Of a stretch of DNA of 64,000 nt, positions 38,404 through 49,478 are shown in pieces. The DNA is from an uncultured Ardenticatenia bacterium (GTDB lineage Bacteria > Chloroflexota > Anaerolineae > 4572-78 > NAK82). The stretch lies in NCBI GenBank assembly GCA_937127125.1, contig CAKZLO010000014.1:36255-100254 (forward strand), in the 5' to 3' direction. Numbering within the stretch: position 1 is the stretch's first letter; each line of letters opens with the position of its first letter. The notes beneath the pieces were generated by a model, which worked only from the letters and a program-made list of their open reading frames with translations, was not told the DNA's origin and searched no databases. The position numbers and the translations under genes were made by a program.

Positions 38404-39612
38404 CTATGCGCCGTACTTAGTCAGGCGGAGTGCATGAGCCATCACGAGTGGCATGATGTCGGTATGTCGTATGCGACCCAGACTGCCATGTATACACGCT
38501 GTCTCGTTGAATCGAGTGACCTGATCACTGCGCGCCGTGCGCGCCATAAGCAGGATAGGTAGAGGATGCCAGCTGTGGCTTTTCAGCAGACATGGGGTCG
38601 AATGGTCACCGGTTATAACGAGCACATCGGGGTTGAGTGCTAGCAATGTCGGCAGCGCTTCATCCACTTGCTCGATGAGGTGCACTTTGGCATCGAAGTT
38701 GCCATCCTCGCCATAGCTATCGGTCTTCTTAACGTGGATGAAGAAGAAGTCGTAGCTATCCCAAATGCGACGCACTGTCTCAAATTGTTCTGCCGGGGAA
38801 TCACCGATGCTCTCGACCACTTCCATCCCGACCAGGCGTGCCACACCCTTATACATTGGGTACACCGCCACCGCGGCGGCACGCAGATTGTACACTTCGG
38901 GGAATTTGGGCAGTCCTGGGTCCTTGGCAACGCCGCGCAGTGTTAACATATTGGCAGGTGGATGATCCGCCAGGATAGTACGTGCCCGGGCAATCCACTC
39001 GTTGAGCAGTTCGGCAGTGCGCTGGGACTGGGGATTGCGTGCTACCGCCGGCAATGGCGCCACACCGACTTGTTGCGGATCAGTGTCCTCCACATCAGCA
39101 CCTAACCCGTCACCGCGCAGGATGAGTGCAAAGCGATGCTCTTTGACCGGCTCAACGAAGACTTGCACGCCGGGCAAGGTGATGTTGCGCAACAGCTGGA
39201 CACGCCTTGTACATCCCTCGGTTGAGATACGGCCAGCGCGCCGGTCGGTAATGAAGCCTTGAGCATCCACAGTGCAGAAGTTGCCGCGCACCGCTACATC
39301 TTGGGGCTGGAGCTCAAAACCGATGCCGAGTGCCTCAAGCACACCGCGCCCAATTTCATATTGCAGAGGATCATATCCAAAGAGCGCGAGGTGACCAGGC
39401 CCACTGCCTGGGGTAATACCAGGCGCGATGGCATCGCTTAGGCCACAGGTGGAGCGCGCCGCTAACGCGTCCAAGTTGGGTGTGCGTGCTGCTTCTAACT
39501 CAGTGGGGCCACCCGGTTGCATCGGCAGGCCGCCCACACCGTCTAAAATGAGCAAGACGATTTTGGTATTGTTCTTGACAACGAGTTGTTGTAGTAGCTC
39601 CAACTGATTCAT
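38404..39612 (-). CDS. apgM: 2,3-bisphosphoglycerate-independent phosphoglycerate mutase, archaeal (ApgM) type
   Basis: Motifs [39 protein letters not shown] and TGDHSTP..HSWHP. Confidence 0.9.
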   Translation of the reverse strand: MNQLELLQQLVVKNNTKIVLLILDGVGGLPMQPGGPTELEAARTPNLDALAARSTCGLSDAIAPGITPGSGPGHLALFGYDPLQYEIGRGVLEALGIGFELQPQDVAVRGNFCTVDAQGFITDRRAGRISTEGCTRRVQLLRNITLPGVQVFVEPVKEHRFALILRGDGLGADVEDTDPQQVGVAPLPAVARNPQSQRTAELLNEWIARARTILADHPPANMLTLRGVAKDPGLPKFPEVYNLRAAAVAVYPMYKGVARLVGMEVVESIGDSPAEQFETVRRIWDSYDFFFIHVKKTDSYGEDGNFDAKVHLIEQVDEALPTLLALNPDVLVITGDHSTPCLLKSHSWHPLPILLMARTARSDQVTRFNETACIHGSLGRIRHTDIMPLVMAHALRLTKYGA

Positions 39613-39825
39613 CGGATCAGGATGCTCCCTTCCGCTTAGCTTAGAAGTTAGATGAGATGGTTGCTGGTAATCAATAAAATCTCACATAAGCGCTACGTGG
39701 GGTGGATTATAACATATTGAAATAAGTGCGCCAGTTTATGTGTCCTCGGGGGCTGCCTATGTTTTGTCCGGTTTCGTTTGGGTTACGGGGTGAGAAAGAT
39801 TGTATCGAGGGGAAGAGATCGAGTG

Positions 39826-40953
39826 TCAGCAATAGCCATATTCCCGTCCAGCCTCAGCCAGGATACGAATGTTGTCATACGGGGTGTTTTCATTGAAATA
39901 GTCCGTAGTAGCCAGTATAAAGTGAGCACGACCGCGCACCGTATCCAATACCTGTCGCACCTGTGCGCGAATTGCGTCCGCACTGCCCCGACGCAGCAGA
40001 TCGATCTGATCAATGTTGCCCGAGAGCGTAACACGTTTGCCAAAAATCTCAAGCGCCTCTTCCAGAATGGTATCACCATATGGTGGCGGTGTAAGGGACT
40101 CATACGCGCGGATGCCCAAGGTGGGATAGAGCGGCAGCAGCTTGCGCGCCCGTCCACAATTATGGTAGAGGACCGGGACATCATAGCTCTGAATGAACTC
40201 GATAAGTCTGCGCTCGTATGGCAGAATAAATCGCTCGAAGAACTCGGGCCCTACCAGCTTGGCATTAGCAATGTTGCCACCATAACTTAGTACATCCGCC
40301 CCAGCATCGATCATCGCCTGAACATGTGTTTTGTAGCGTTCCAGTGCATACGACATCAGGCGGTCGTAAAATGATGGGTTTGATAACGCATCCAGAAGCA
40401 AGTCATCCACCCGACGATAGTAAAAAGCTACCAGGTTGAAGGCCCCCTGGACCCACGGCGCGATAATGCCTTCCTCCCCTACTGCTGCTTTGGCGCGTTG
40501 AATATCATCAGTGTTCGGCGGGGTAGGATCAGGTTGAAAGCGCATCATCAGGTCGAGATCGGATTCGCTTTTAATGGGGTACTCTACAGGTGAGCACTCT
40601 GCGTCATACTCGTACACCCAGCGCAATGCTTCAACACAACGGAGCCCACCTCTCGGGGTATGGATCGTTGTGGTGATGGTTTCGTCACGTCCATTTTGCT
40701 GACGTGTCACCTCCAAATGCCAGTTTTGTCCAGATGGGCCATAAATATCGGGGGTTGGCGTGCAATTGCGATGAATCACATCGAAGCCGAAATAATGATA
40801 CACCTCTGGCGTGCGCGTCACCCAATCTACCTCGTGGCTACCGAAGAATTCCTTGACAAAATTGACGTGTATGAAAGGTGATACAGGAATGCGATCGACA
40901 GGTTGCTGACGGAATACACGCAGCAGGCGTTGACGGCCACTCAGGTCGCTCAT
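39826..40953 (-). CDS. URO-D/MtaA-CmuA methyltransferase-fold protein (not HemE)
   Basis: N-terminal RxRLL...DRIPV, YHNCG, LSGNIDQ and FILAT; lacks the HemE RQAGR motif. Start set at ATG 40953. Confidence 0.82.
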   Translation of the reverse strand: MSDLSGRQRLLRVFRQQPVDRIPVSPFIHVNFVKEFFGSHEVDWVTRTPEVYHYFGFDVIHRNCTPTPDIYGPSGQNWHLEVTRQQNGRDETITTTIHTPRGGLRCVEALRWVYEYDAECSPVEYPIKSESDLDLMMRFQPDPTPPNTDDIQRAKAAVGEEGIIAPWVQGAFNLVAFYYRRVDDLLLDALSNPSFYDRLMSYALERYKTHVQAMIDAGADVLSYGGNIANAKLVGPEFFERFILPYERRLIEFIQSYDVPVLYHNCGRARKLLPLYPTLGIRAYESLTPPPYGDTILEEALEIFGKRVTLSGNIDQIDLLRRGSADAIRAQVRQVLDTVRGRAHFILATTDYFNENTPYDNIRILAEAGREYGYC

Positions 40954-40973
40954 ATTGTGGTGCCTCACGTTCC

Positions 40974-42377
40974 TTACACGTACGCGTAGGAAATGCCCAA
41001 CAGCCGGGCAATCTTCTCCAAAGTGGCAGCCCATTGGCCGTACGCCAATGCCTGGTGATGGGAACCACCTTCCTGGCTGAAGCGCGTGAGGAAACTACCC
41101 AGGTCTCTGTTCGGTGCGAACTTAAAGTGTGGTCGCGCCAGGTCAGGAATGTATGGGAAATCGAGCACCTGGCCTTCCGTCGCAACCAACTTCAGCTTGC
41201 CCTCCACTGTGGTTGTGAGGCTTACCAGGGTCACGTCGCCGGGTGCGAGGCTGAACGCCAGCAGGACAGGTGCTATGGGCACGTGCATAATGTCACCCAA
41301 GGTGCTGCGCAGTGCATAGATCGGGCTGTCCTGACGTGCCATGCGCCAGTTGCATTCTCCCATGTGCATCATCAAAATGGCATTATGAGCGAAGTCCATC
41401 GTGAACATCTCAGTGAAATTAGCCTGACCAGCGAGGGCTTGCATCATACACACCGCTGCTGCGCTGGTGACATCCCCCTCGCCCCCGAATCCATAGCCGT
41501 CGGCCAGCAGCTTGGAAGCGGCCAGGAAGGGTAATGTCTCCAGCTGGCCCTCTTCGCTGATGGCCAGAAAGTGCGAGGCGAAACCGTGCAAACCGCGCTC
41601 GCGCAGAGTCTGGCGCAAAGCCCACTCGAGGCGTACACTGGCGGCGTGTTCCGCTGGTGTAATCTCGGGTGCAAATTGGAAACGGGTGCGATCTTCGCTC
41701 ATTAAAGCGGCAACGGTTTCTTCTGGTGCTGCAGACGCTCGCGCAGCCAACTCTTTCATGGAGATATGTTTGACCTCAATGCCCATCTGAGCAAGGAAAG
41801 CAGTTTCGTCCAGGCCAAAATCGCCCATGCCCTCCATCGCGTAGCCCAACAGGCCGATGCGCATATGGCTTAGCGAGTTGGCGATGCGGGCAGCGTCACA
41901 CCATTGACGAACCTCCTCAATGGTGCGCGTGTCTTTGTAGTGACCCGTCACGAGGTAAAAGCTTCGACCGGCACGCAGCAACACATTAGCCAGGTCTTGC
42001 ACACCGTGCATTCCATGGTTACGCGTTGTGTCAATAGAACGTGTGTCTGGTCCAACTGCATAGAGCTGTTGTGTGTTGAAAATGAGAATAGGAAGACGGG
42101 TACGCAGTAAAGCTGGCAAGGCAATGTGGCTCGGTGCGTAAGTAAGTAGCACCACTATGAGCAGATCCTTGTTATTCGCTTCAAACGCAGCCACAGTACG
42201 CTCGACCTGCTCGCGCGTGTTGCACACGCCGGGAAACTCAACCTCGGCGAAGGGACTTAAGGTATCCACAACCTCACGCGCAAATTCTGCCATTGAGGGC
42301 TTCAGGTCCGGCCATGCGTCGTACAGCTCCAGCATAAGGCCCAAGAGTCCAACTTTCGCTTTGCCTGTCGTATTCAT
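40974..42377 (-). CDS. L-arabinose isomerase-like aldose-ketose isomerase (AraA/FucI family)
   Basis: GYGFGGEGD, FTEM, MHMGE and GGSHH match the AraA catalytic and metal residues; also NHGMHG. Start set at ATG 42377. Confidence 0.82.
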   Translation of the reverse strand: MNTTGKAKVGLLGLMLELYDAWPDLKPSMAEFAREVVDTLSPFAEVEFPGVCNTREQVERTVAAFEANNKDLLIVVLLTYAPSHIALPALLRTRLPILIFNTQQLYAVGPDTRSIDTTRNHGMHGVQDLANVLLRAGRSFYLVTGHYKDTRTIEEVRQWCDAARIANSLSHMRIGLLGYAMEGMGDFGLDETAFLAQMGIEVKHISMKELAARASAAPEETVAALMSEDRTRFQFAPEITPAEHAASVRLEWALRQTLRERGLHGFASHFLAISEEGQLETLPFLAASKLLADGYGFGGEGDVTSAAAVCMMQALAGQANFTEMFTMDFAHNAILMMHMGECNWRMARQDSPIYALRSTLGDIMHVPIAPVLLAFSLAPGDVTLVSLTTTVEGKLKLVATEGQVLDFPYIPDLARPHFKFAPNRDLGSFLTRFSQEGGSHHQALAYGQWAATLEKIARLLGISYAYV

Positions 42378-42397
42378 TGTGTCTGTTCCTTGCGTTT

Positions 42398-43534
42398 CTA
42401 CTTCCTTGTCGATTTTCCTAAAGACTCGTACCACCCGTACTCAAGAGCTGCCTCATACGCAGCCAGTATGTTTTCGACGGGCACGTCAGGCTGCACGATG
42501 TGCGTGGGTGCCAGAATAAAACCACCACCTGGCGCCATTACCTCGATGCGCTCGCGTACGATTGCACGTACCTGCTCCGGGGTGTTGATGCGCAAGTCCT
42601 GCTGGATATCTAGCGTGCCGTGGAAGGCCAGACGGTCCCCATACAGGCGCTTGATCTCGCGCAGATCCATACCGCCAGCGTAGGGTTGTACGGTTACCAG
42701 CACATCGATGCCTGTCTCGATCAAATCCGGCATCAAGCGTCGTGTGCTGCCACAGGAATGGTGCATCACCTTGCATCCGTAGGCGCGAGCTTGTTCGATA
42801 TGACGGCGCCAGCGCGGCTGCAGAATCTCGCGATACACCCGCGGGCTGATAACGGTGTCGCGCTGTGAGCCATAATCATCTCCAAAGTGCATAATGTCAA
42901 TGCGGCCGCGCCCCGCTTCGAGAATCCGTCGATCGTACTCGTAGAAGAAGTTGGACAGGTGATCCCAGATGCGGAAGAGCACCTCATTGCGAGTGGCGAT
43001 GTCGAACATCACCTGCTCATAGCCACGCAGAAACGAAGAGCGATTGATAAAATCCACATTGCCATCGTCTCCGGCGATGATGGCGTAGCGGTCATAACGC
43101 TCGCACTGCTCCCGGATGACCGAGTAGTCCCACCAGTCCGGATCGGGCCATGGGTACGCATCCACTTCAGCCACCGTGGTTGCATTAGCCAGGCGAGGAT
43201 CAAGGAATTCATAGTAAACCCCCAACCCATAGTCGGTCACTGTACGCCGGTAGCCCCACACGTCCATGAAGCTGCCATCCTCGAAGGTGGGCAGCTCTGG
43301 ACCGACATAACGTGGTGCCACAAAACGCACGTCCGTGTGAAAGTACTCGAGCAATGCTTCGTGAGCGGCCATGTAGTGTGGGAAGTTGGGATCAGGTTGC
43401 GACGTGAGCCCCAGATGCTTCTCTAAAGCTTCGAGCTCCTCGGGCACCGCGTAGAAATCAAACGGCACGCGATCCGGTTCGCGATGATTGATAGCTGTCA
43501 ATACACGTTCTCGCGGGGTCATCCGTTCCTTCAT
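42398..43534 (-). CDS. URO-D/MtaA-CmuA methyltransferase-fold protein (not HemE)
   Basis: Motifs MTPRERVL...EPDRVP, GDDYGSQ, HHSCG, FHGTLDIQ and GGGFILAP. Confidence 0.85.
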   Translation of the reverse strand: MKERMTPRERVLTAINHREPDRVPFDFYAVPEELEALEKHLGLTSQPDPNFPHYMAAHEALLEYFHTDVRFVAPRYVGPELPTFEDGSFMDVWGYRRTVTDYGLGVYYEFLDPRLANATTVAEVDAYPWPDPDWWDYSVIREQCERYDRYAIIAGDDGNVDFINRSSFLRGYEQVMFDIATRNEVLFRIWDHLSNFFYEYDRRILEAGRGRIDIMHFGDDYGSQRDTVISPRVYREILQPRWRRHIEQARAYGCKVMHHSCGSTRRLMPDLIETGIDVLVTVQPYAGGMDLREIKRLYGDRLAFHGTLDIQQDLRINTPEQVRAIVRERIEVMAPGGGFILAPTHIVQPDVPVENILAAYEAALEYGWYESLGKSTRK

Positions 43535-43540
43535 AGCACA

Positions 43541-44401
43541 CTACCCTTTCACGGCACCAGCGGTGAGGCCTTGCACCAGGTGCTTCTGGAAGAAGATAAA
43601 CAGCAGCGTCACCGGTATCGTGACCAGCACTGAGGCAGCCATCACATTCGGCCAGTTCAGGTAGAACTGACCGACGAAAGACTGGATGATGCCGGGCGGC
43701 AGCGTGCGCATTTCTGGCTTGATAGTAAGGGTAGCGGCGAACAGATACTCGTCCCAGGCGATCAGAAAAGTGTAGACACCAGCTGCCACAAGACCAGGTG
43801 CTATCATCGGCAGCACTACCCGTGTCAAGACACCCAGCCGGCCACATCCATCGATGAGTGCGGCATCCTCGATTTCGCGTGGCACAGTATCAAAGAAACC
43901 CTTGAGTATCCAGATGGCGAAGGGGATGGCGAAGGTGGTGTTGGCCAAGATCAACGCCGGGTAGGTGTTCAGTAGATTCAGGGCCAGGAAGGTCAGGTAC
44001 AATGTGATCAGCAGCATTCCCTGAGGGAACATCTGCGTAGAGAGGATACCCACCATCAATCCGTTACTGGCACGGAAGGGGTAACGCGAGAAGCTATAGG
44101 CAGCCAGTGTAGCAACCACCAAGCAAAAGATGGTAGTACCTACTGTGACGATCACGCTGTTAGCAAAGTATCGAGGGAAGAGGCTGCCACGCCCATAATC
44201 CCCATAGATGACCGAGTTAAGTGTAGCAAGTGTAGGATTTTGGGGTATCCACTGCGGTGGAATAACGAACAGGTCCTCAATCGGTTTGATCGAGGAAGAG
44301 ACCATCCAGGCGATCGGGAACAGAGCCAGCACCAGCAGCACCAGGACGTAAAGGTATGAAAGCCATTGAACCAACCGTCGGCGGTGAGTAAACGAGAGCA
44401 T
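43541..44401 (-). CDS. Carbohydrate ABC transporter permease (MalG-like)
   Basis: Motifs FPIAWM, ANS, EAA-like loop EDAALIDG and FFQKHLVQGLTAGAVKG. Confidence 0.92.
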   Translation of the reverse strand: MLSFTHRRRLVQWLSYLYVLVLLVLALFPIAWMVSSSIKPIEDLFVIPPQWIPQNPTLATLNSVIYGDYGRGSLFPRYFANSVIVTVGTTIFCLVVATLAAYSFSRYPFRASNGLMVGILSTQMFPQGMLLITLYLTFLALNLLNTYPALILANTTFAIPFAIWILKGFFDTVPREIEDAALIDGCGRLGVLTRVVLPMIAPGLVAAGVYTFLIAWDEYLFAATLTIKPEMRTLPPGIIQSFVGQFYLNWPNVMAASVLVTIPVTLLFIFFQKHLVQGLTAGAVKG

Positions 44402-44414
44402 GTTCCTCTATCTC

Positions 44415-45356
44415 CTACAGTTCGACACGAGTGCCTCCGAGCAACCGCACGAACAAGACGCTGAAAATCAACATGGCCACCAGCCAAATGGTTCCGATTG
44501 CGGCGCCCATGCCAATGTCAAAAGCCTGAAAGGCTGTCCGGTAGATGCTGATGGCCAGGGTAGTCGTAGCAGTGACCGGTCCACCCTCCGTCATTGTCCA
44601 GATGGTTGTGAAGCTCTGAAAGGTCCAGATGATGGAGATAAGTAGGTCGATCATGATGATGTAGCGCAGATGCGGTAGCACGACGTAGCGAAAGCGCTGC
44701 AATGCCGTAGCACCGTCGATGATAGCTGCCTCAACGATATCCACAGGGATAGTCTGCAAGGCGGCAAGAAGCACAATCATATGGAAAGGAAATCCCTTCC
44801 ATATATTAGCCAGTGTAACGGAGAAAAGAGCCAGTGAGGGATCGCCGATCCATGCTTTGAATGATGAGATGATACCCAATGAGTGAAGGACATAGTTAAA
44901 GATGCCATACTGCTGGTTGAAAATCCATTTCCACAATAGCGCAGATACGACGGTGGGGACAATCCAGGGCATTAAGAGCAATCCACGAAACAGATTGCGC
45001 TGAGCCAGATCCTGATTGAGCACCAGAGCTGTCATGAAACCGACCAGAAATTGCCCACCTACCGAGCCAGCTACGAAGATAAGCGTGGTACCCCACACAG
45101 AGCGGTATGCTGAACTGCTCAGCAAGGTCTTAAAGTTGTCGAGTCCCACCCACTGGATTCCCGAGGCGAGGTCAACCAGGCTGTAGGAGTGAAAGCTCAA
45201 ATAAATGCCTCGCAGAAGGGGGTAGAGCACAGTGAACACAAGGGTCAGCAGTGCCGGCAACAGTAATAGGATGGAGAACTGAGTATTAGTGAGCATCAAC
45301 CGGGGCCTGACGGCTACTGTGGAACGTTGCACAGAGGCTGGCTTAATCGCTGACAT
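44415..45356 (-). CDS. Carbohydrate ABC transporter permease (MalF-like)
   Basis: Motifs WVGLDNF, PWIVP, EAAIIDGA and MTEGGP; start set at ATG 45356 after an RBS. Confidence 0.92.
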   Translation of the reverse strand: MSAIKPASVQRSTVAVRPRLMLTNTQFSILLLLPALLTLVFTVLYPLLRGIYLSFHSYSLVDLASGIQWVGLDNFKTLLSSSAYRSVWGTTLIFVAGSVGGQFLVGFMTALVLNQDLAQRNLFRGLLLMPWIVPTVVSALLWKWIFNQQYGIFNYVLHSLGIISSFKAWIGDPSLALFSVTLANIWKGFPFHMIVLLAALQTIPVDIVEAAIIDGATALQRFRYVVLPHLRYIIMIDLLISIIWTFQSFTTIWTMTEGGPVTATTTLAISIYRTAFQAFDIGMGAAIGTIWLVAMLIFSVLFVRLLGGTRVEL

Positions 45357-45400
45357 AAGCTTGCTCCTCATCACACCAAGGAACCACTTCACAGGGATAC

Positions 45401-45428
45401 TGGGGGAGAGACCGGAATCTCTCCCCCA
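45401..45428 (-). other. Stem-loop between the sugar SBP and permease genes
   Basis: 11-bp stem TGGGGGAGAGA/TCTCTCCCCCA with a 6-nt loop. Confidence 0.6.
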
Positions 45429-45450
45429 ACACCACAACGCCTGCAAGTCC

Positions 45451-46785
45451 TCAATCCGTTTGCTTGTACAGCACCTTCAGGTTGGCAGCCGCCTCGTCCA
45501 AGGCTTGTTTGGGGTCACCGCCTGAGAGCGCCTGGCTAACTGCGATGGCGATGAAGTCCACTGCCTGCGCGTATTGCGGGGTCTTGCTGATGCCGTAGAG
45601 TTTCGCACCGCATAGGGCGTCCTGGAAGGTCTTGGCAAAGGCATCCTGAGAGTAGAACGGGTCGGCCAAGGCAGGCTTATACAGCGGGAAGAGGCTGCTG
45701 CCATGGGCATAGTAGAGTGTGATCTCAGGATCCGTGCTCAGGAATTTGATGAACTCGAAGGCCATGTCTTTGTGCTGGCTTTGCTTGAAGAGCACCAAGG
45801 TGTGATGATGGAAGATAGCTTTGTGCTGGCAGGGATCCTCTGGGTTGGGCAATGTAGTCGGATGCAACGCAACGGCAAAGTCCTTGTCGAACTCCTTGCC
45901 CTTCCCGCTGGTAATGCGCAGTACATCACGCGCATAGGAACCATCTGAGAAGCCACCAGTCTGGTAATTGGCCATTAGGTTGTATTGGTCACGGAAGGAG
46001 AACCCAGCCGGCATCACTCCATCGTCCACCAGTTTCTTCCAGAAAGTCAGTGCTTTGACACCGGCCTCGTTGTTGATGATAACCTTGCCGTTCTCATCCA
46101 ACACGTCACCGCCGAAATTGAATAGCCATGCATTGAAAACGTTAGCTGCCAACTCCGAGCGATCGGTGGCGGTCGTATATCCCCAAATCCTGTTCCCCTT
46201 CTCGTCCGTGCCCAGCTTGGCAATGGCGTAGACTACCTGTTCAAACTCCTCAATGGTGCTGGGCAGCTTCGTTGGATCGAGGCCGGCTTTCTGCATCAAG
46301 GCCGTGTTATAGAACACGGTGTCGTGCACAGCGACCTAGGGCAACCCCCACATATGCGTGACACCATCCGCTCCGGGGAAGGTGTACGAATCCACCACGC
46401 CAGGGACATAGTCTGCTGAGAAATCTTTAGCTCTCTCTTCCAATGGCTCGATCGCCCCGGAGTAAGCGAACTGGCCAATCCACGGTGCAGCCACCTGTGC
46501 CACGTCCGGCGCATTTCCGGCGGCGGCTTCCATCAACAGTTGCTGGCGCGTATTCTCCCAGGCGATGCCCTCATATTCGATCTTGACGTTGGGGTGCTTC
46601 TCCTGGAACTTCTCCACCATGTAGTTGAACTGCTTAGCGGTGGACTCCTCCATTCCAATCCAACCAGCGAACCGGATGACGATGGGTTCCTCTTGCGGCG
46701 AAGGAGCCGCACCGCTGGTGAAGAAAGAGGCCACTAATGCCCCTACCACCAGCACAATGGTCAGGATTCTGATGCGCTCGTTCAT
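45451..46785 (-). pseudogene. Sugar ABC substrate-binding protein (family 1) interrupted by a single in-frame TAG
   Basis: ORFs 46336-46806 and 45451-46329 share one frame: ...MWGLP-TAG-VAVHDTVFYN... (TAG at 46336-46338). RBS AAGGAGG and signal peptide at 46785; motifs FQEKHPNVKI and GNAPDV. Confidence 0.8.
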
Positions 46786-46919
46786 TTTATGTTCCTCCTT
46801 GTGCACTTGCTAATGTGCCCCTCCTGTGGGGCAAAAGTTCCGACGACTCTTCCTTGACTACCCTTTACCCTACCTCTTCACAGCAGCTCAAGTTCTCAAG
46901 GCCTTCCTCGTCTGATCGA

Positions 46920-47972
46920 TCACCTCCTTTCGACCGTGGCAATCAGGCGCACTCCGTTATTGCAAAAAACATCCGCAATATCGGCAGCTTGCAGATTGCA
47001 TGCCTCCGCAGCACGACGGAAGGCGAGCAGCTGCTCGTAAAGGAAGAACGTGAATCGCCTGCCTTCCGCCGCGCTCACTTCACGCATATGAGGGTCCTCA
47101 CGAAGATCACCGTAGAGACCTGGAGGTACCAGATTGATGTAGCGTCCATCTTCACATATGCGTCGCATGCGCATACGCACAATGGGTAGATCGCTGCCAA
47201 ATACGATCCGCTGGGGGCCAACAGTGCGCAGTGCTTGTTCTATCACGTAGGCGTTGGTGTTGGCACTGAAATCAAAAAATAGGTGTTTACTGGCGCGTAG
47301 CACAGTGAAAGCTTCACCAACGTCTTCCTCGCAATAGGCGCGCCCAATGTGTGCTACGATGAGCTTTATATTGGGGTACAGAGTCTCAATTTCCAGTAGA
47401 TGCTGCAGATTAACTTTGTCCTTAAGTCGTGCTGGCCGGGGAATGTGCAACATCACGATCCAGCCGTGCGTATCCGCTACTCTGAGATGGTGATGAGGTA
47501 AGTAATCGTAGATGGTGATATCCTGAGCGGCGATGTGAGATGGAGCTTGATCAACGTAGGGCTTGAGCCCGATAAACCCTCCCCTGGTTACCTGCTCTTC
47601 CAGCTCGGACGCAGACCAGCGAGGAGTCGTTACCATAAGGGCGGGCAAACCGTATTGCTTCGCCACAGTGCTTGTATACAAATTGGTACGCTCCAGATCA
47701 ACGTCACGCTCCGGCCATCCGAAAATGAGCGGTGTTACCTTCTTGCCCGGAAACATGAGAGCGTACGTGTCCAGCAAGTTCTCAATTGTGTTCTCCTCTG
47801 CCACCCGGCGCGGCCAGACAGGGCCCCGGGTGCCCTCCACAAGAGGCAAACGGAACTCTTTCAGCCATATATGCGTGTGCACGTCTACGATCGCATCTGG
47901 AAGGAAGTTCTCCAGATGATTGTGGTAGACCTGTTTATCCACTTCAGTGACTTGCAAGGACATCCTGAACAT
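46920..47972 (-). CDS. Amidohydrolase family (Amidohydro_2-like) metallo-hydrolase
   Basis: Motifs DVHTH, GLKP, VAHIGR and FGSDLP. Confidence 0.85.
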   Translation of the reverse strand: MFRMSLQVTEVDKQVYHNHLENFLPDAIVDVHTHIWLKEFRLPLVEGTRGPVWPRRVAEENTIENLLDTYALMFPGKKVTPLIFGWPERDVDLERTNLYTSTVAKQYGLPALMVTTPRWSASELEEQVTRGGFIGLKPYVDQAPSHIAAQDITIYDYLPHHHLRVADTHGWIVMLHIPRPARLKDKVNLQHLLEIETLYPNIKLIVAHIGRAYCEEDVGEAFTVLRASKHLFFDFSANTNAYVIEQALRTVGPQRIVFGSDLPIVRMRMRRICEDGRYINLVPPGLYGDLREDPHMREVSAAEGRRFTFFLYEQLLAFRRAAEACNLQAADIADVFCNNGVRLIATVERR

Positions 47973-47986
47973 CTCCTGTCGTGAGT

Positions 47987-49474
47987 TCAGCCAGGGTGAA
48001 AAGGTGCAGCTTGCCGGTAGCTGCTGAAAATCTCCGCATACCGTGCGACGTTAGCTTTATCTGGGATAAGAAGGGTTTCAGGGGCCTTGAGGGCAGCAAA
48101 ACCGGCTTCTACATCAGCAAATAACCCGCAGCCAACACCAGCTAGGATCGCTGCTCCACGGCTGGCAGCTTCGCCGGAGGCAGGCACGACGACTGGGATG
48201 CCGGTAACATCGGCGACGATACGTGGCCAGAGCACGCTTTTGGCTGCGCCGCCGACCATCTTGAGCTCGCACACCTGCACTCCGGCTGACTGGATGTCTT
48301 CTAAGGTCCACCTTAGCTCAAAGACAACTCCTTCCATAATGGCACGTGCCAGATCCCCACGCTTATGTGTCAGAGTAAGTCCGATGAAGGCGCCACGCGT
48401 CGGCCCATAGTGTGCTGTGTGCCCGCCTGCAAGTGGATAGAAGAGCAATCCGTCCACACCAGGTGTGGATCGAGCCGCTTCTTGGTCGAAAGATTGTAGA
48501 AGAGTCGCACGTTCCAAATCACCCCGGTCGTCGCCTGAAACGAGATCGACCAACCACTCTAGCGATCTGCCGACTCCGCCCAGACTACGGATGGCTCCCC
48601 AACGTCCTTCAATTGCGTGCCGCCCCACAGCCATGCCGCTGGCAAGTCCTGTCTCTCTGTCTTCTGGCACAGCCAACAACACCCAGGCAGTTCCGCATGA
48701 TAACAACACCTGTCCCGGACGCGTTACGCCAACCCCGACCGCAGCACAATACTGATCATGGGCACCATTGATCACAGGGATTCCCTGCACAAGCCCAGTG
48801 GCTGCACTGGCAGCGGCTGTCACCTGGCCAATCACAATGGCGGATGGTCGAATTGGCGACAGTTGATCCTTCCGGACGCCAGCCACTTCCAGGAGGCGTT
48901 CATCCCAGTCACCCGTAGCAATATTCATTAGCTGGGTGATGCCAGCATTCGATGGATCCATGCACCGTTCACCGGTGAGCCAGTAGCCGATGAAATCGTT
49001 GACAAACATAAAATAGTGCGAGCGGGTGAAGCAGTCCGGCTGGTTATCGCGCAGCCAAGCGATATGCTGTAACGGTAAGGCGTTTTGCAACGGCCAACCC
49101 GTGGTATTGCGGATAAACTCATCGCCTAGCAGGGTTCTGACGCGTTCCGCCTGGGCGGCTCCACGCTGATCCATCCAGCTGATCGCATTGTAAGTAGGGC
49201 GACCGTCAGCATCCACCGGAATGGTGGTACCACCTTGCGAGGACAAAGAGATGGCAGCAATATGCACATCGGAATGCAGCTGCCCTAGCACTGTACGGAT
49301 GACTTGGACGACTGCGTTACAAAGCTCATCGGGTGCTTGTTCTACCCAATTCGGCTGAGAAGTAAGCAGGTTGTAATGACTGCTTGCCGAAGCGAGCACG
49401 TTTCCGCTCAGGTCAAATATGAGCCCTTTTGTGGCAGTGGTACCAACATCCAGCCCCAATAACGCTTCGGGCAT
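47987..49474 (-). CDS. FGGY-family carbohydrate kinase (xylulokinase-like)
   Basis: Motifs LGLDVGTT, WMDQR, GAHDQ, RAIMEGV and GGAAKS..W. Confidence 0.92.
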   Translation of the reverse strand: MPEALLGLDVGTTATKGLIFDLSGNVLASASSHYNLLTSQPNWVEQAPDELCNAVVQVIRTVLGQLHSDVHIAAISLSSQGGTTIPVDADGRPTYNAISWMDQRGAAQAERVRTLLGDEFIRNTTGWPLQNALPLQHIAWLRDNQPDCFTRSHYFMFVNDFIGYWLTGERCMDPSNAGITQLMNIATGDWDERLLEVAGVRKDQLSPIRPSAIVIGQVTAAASAATGLVQGIPVINGAHDQYCAAVGVGVTRPGQVLLSCGTAWVLLAVPEDRETGLASGMAVGRHAIEGRWGAIRSLGGVGRSLEWLVDLVSGDDRGDLERATLLQSFDQEAARSTPGVDGLLFYPLAGGHTAHYGPTRGAFIGLTLTHKRGDLARAIMEGVVFELRWTLEDIQSAGVQVCELKMVGGAAKSVLWPRIVADVTGIPVVVPASGEAASRGAAILAGVGCGLFADVEAGFAALKAPETLLIPDKANVARYAEIFSSYRQAAPFHPG

Positions 49475-49478
49475 AATC

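Noticed and set aside
39826..43534. Calling the URO-D-family genes hemE (heme synthesis)
   Set aside because: The HemE RQAGR motif is absent, HxCG is present, and the context is sugar catabolism.
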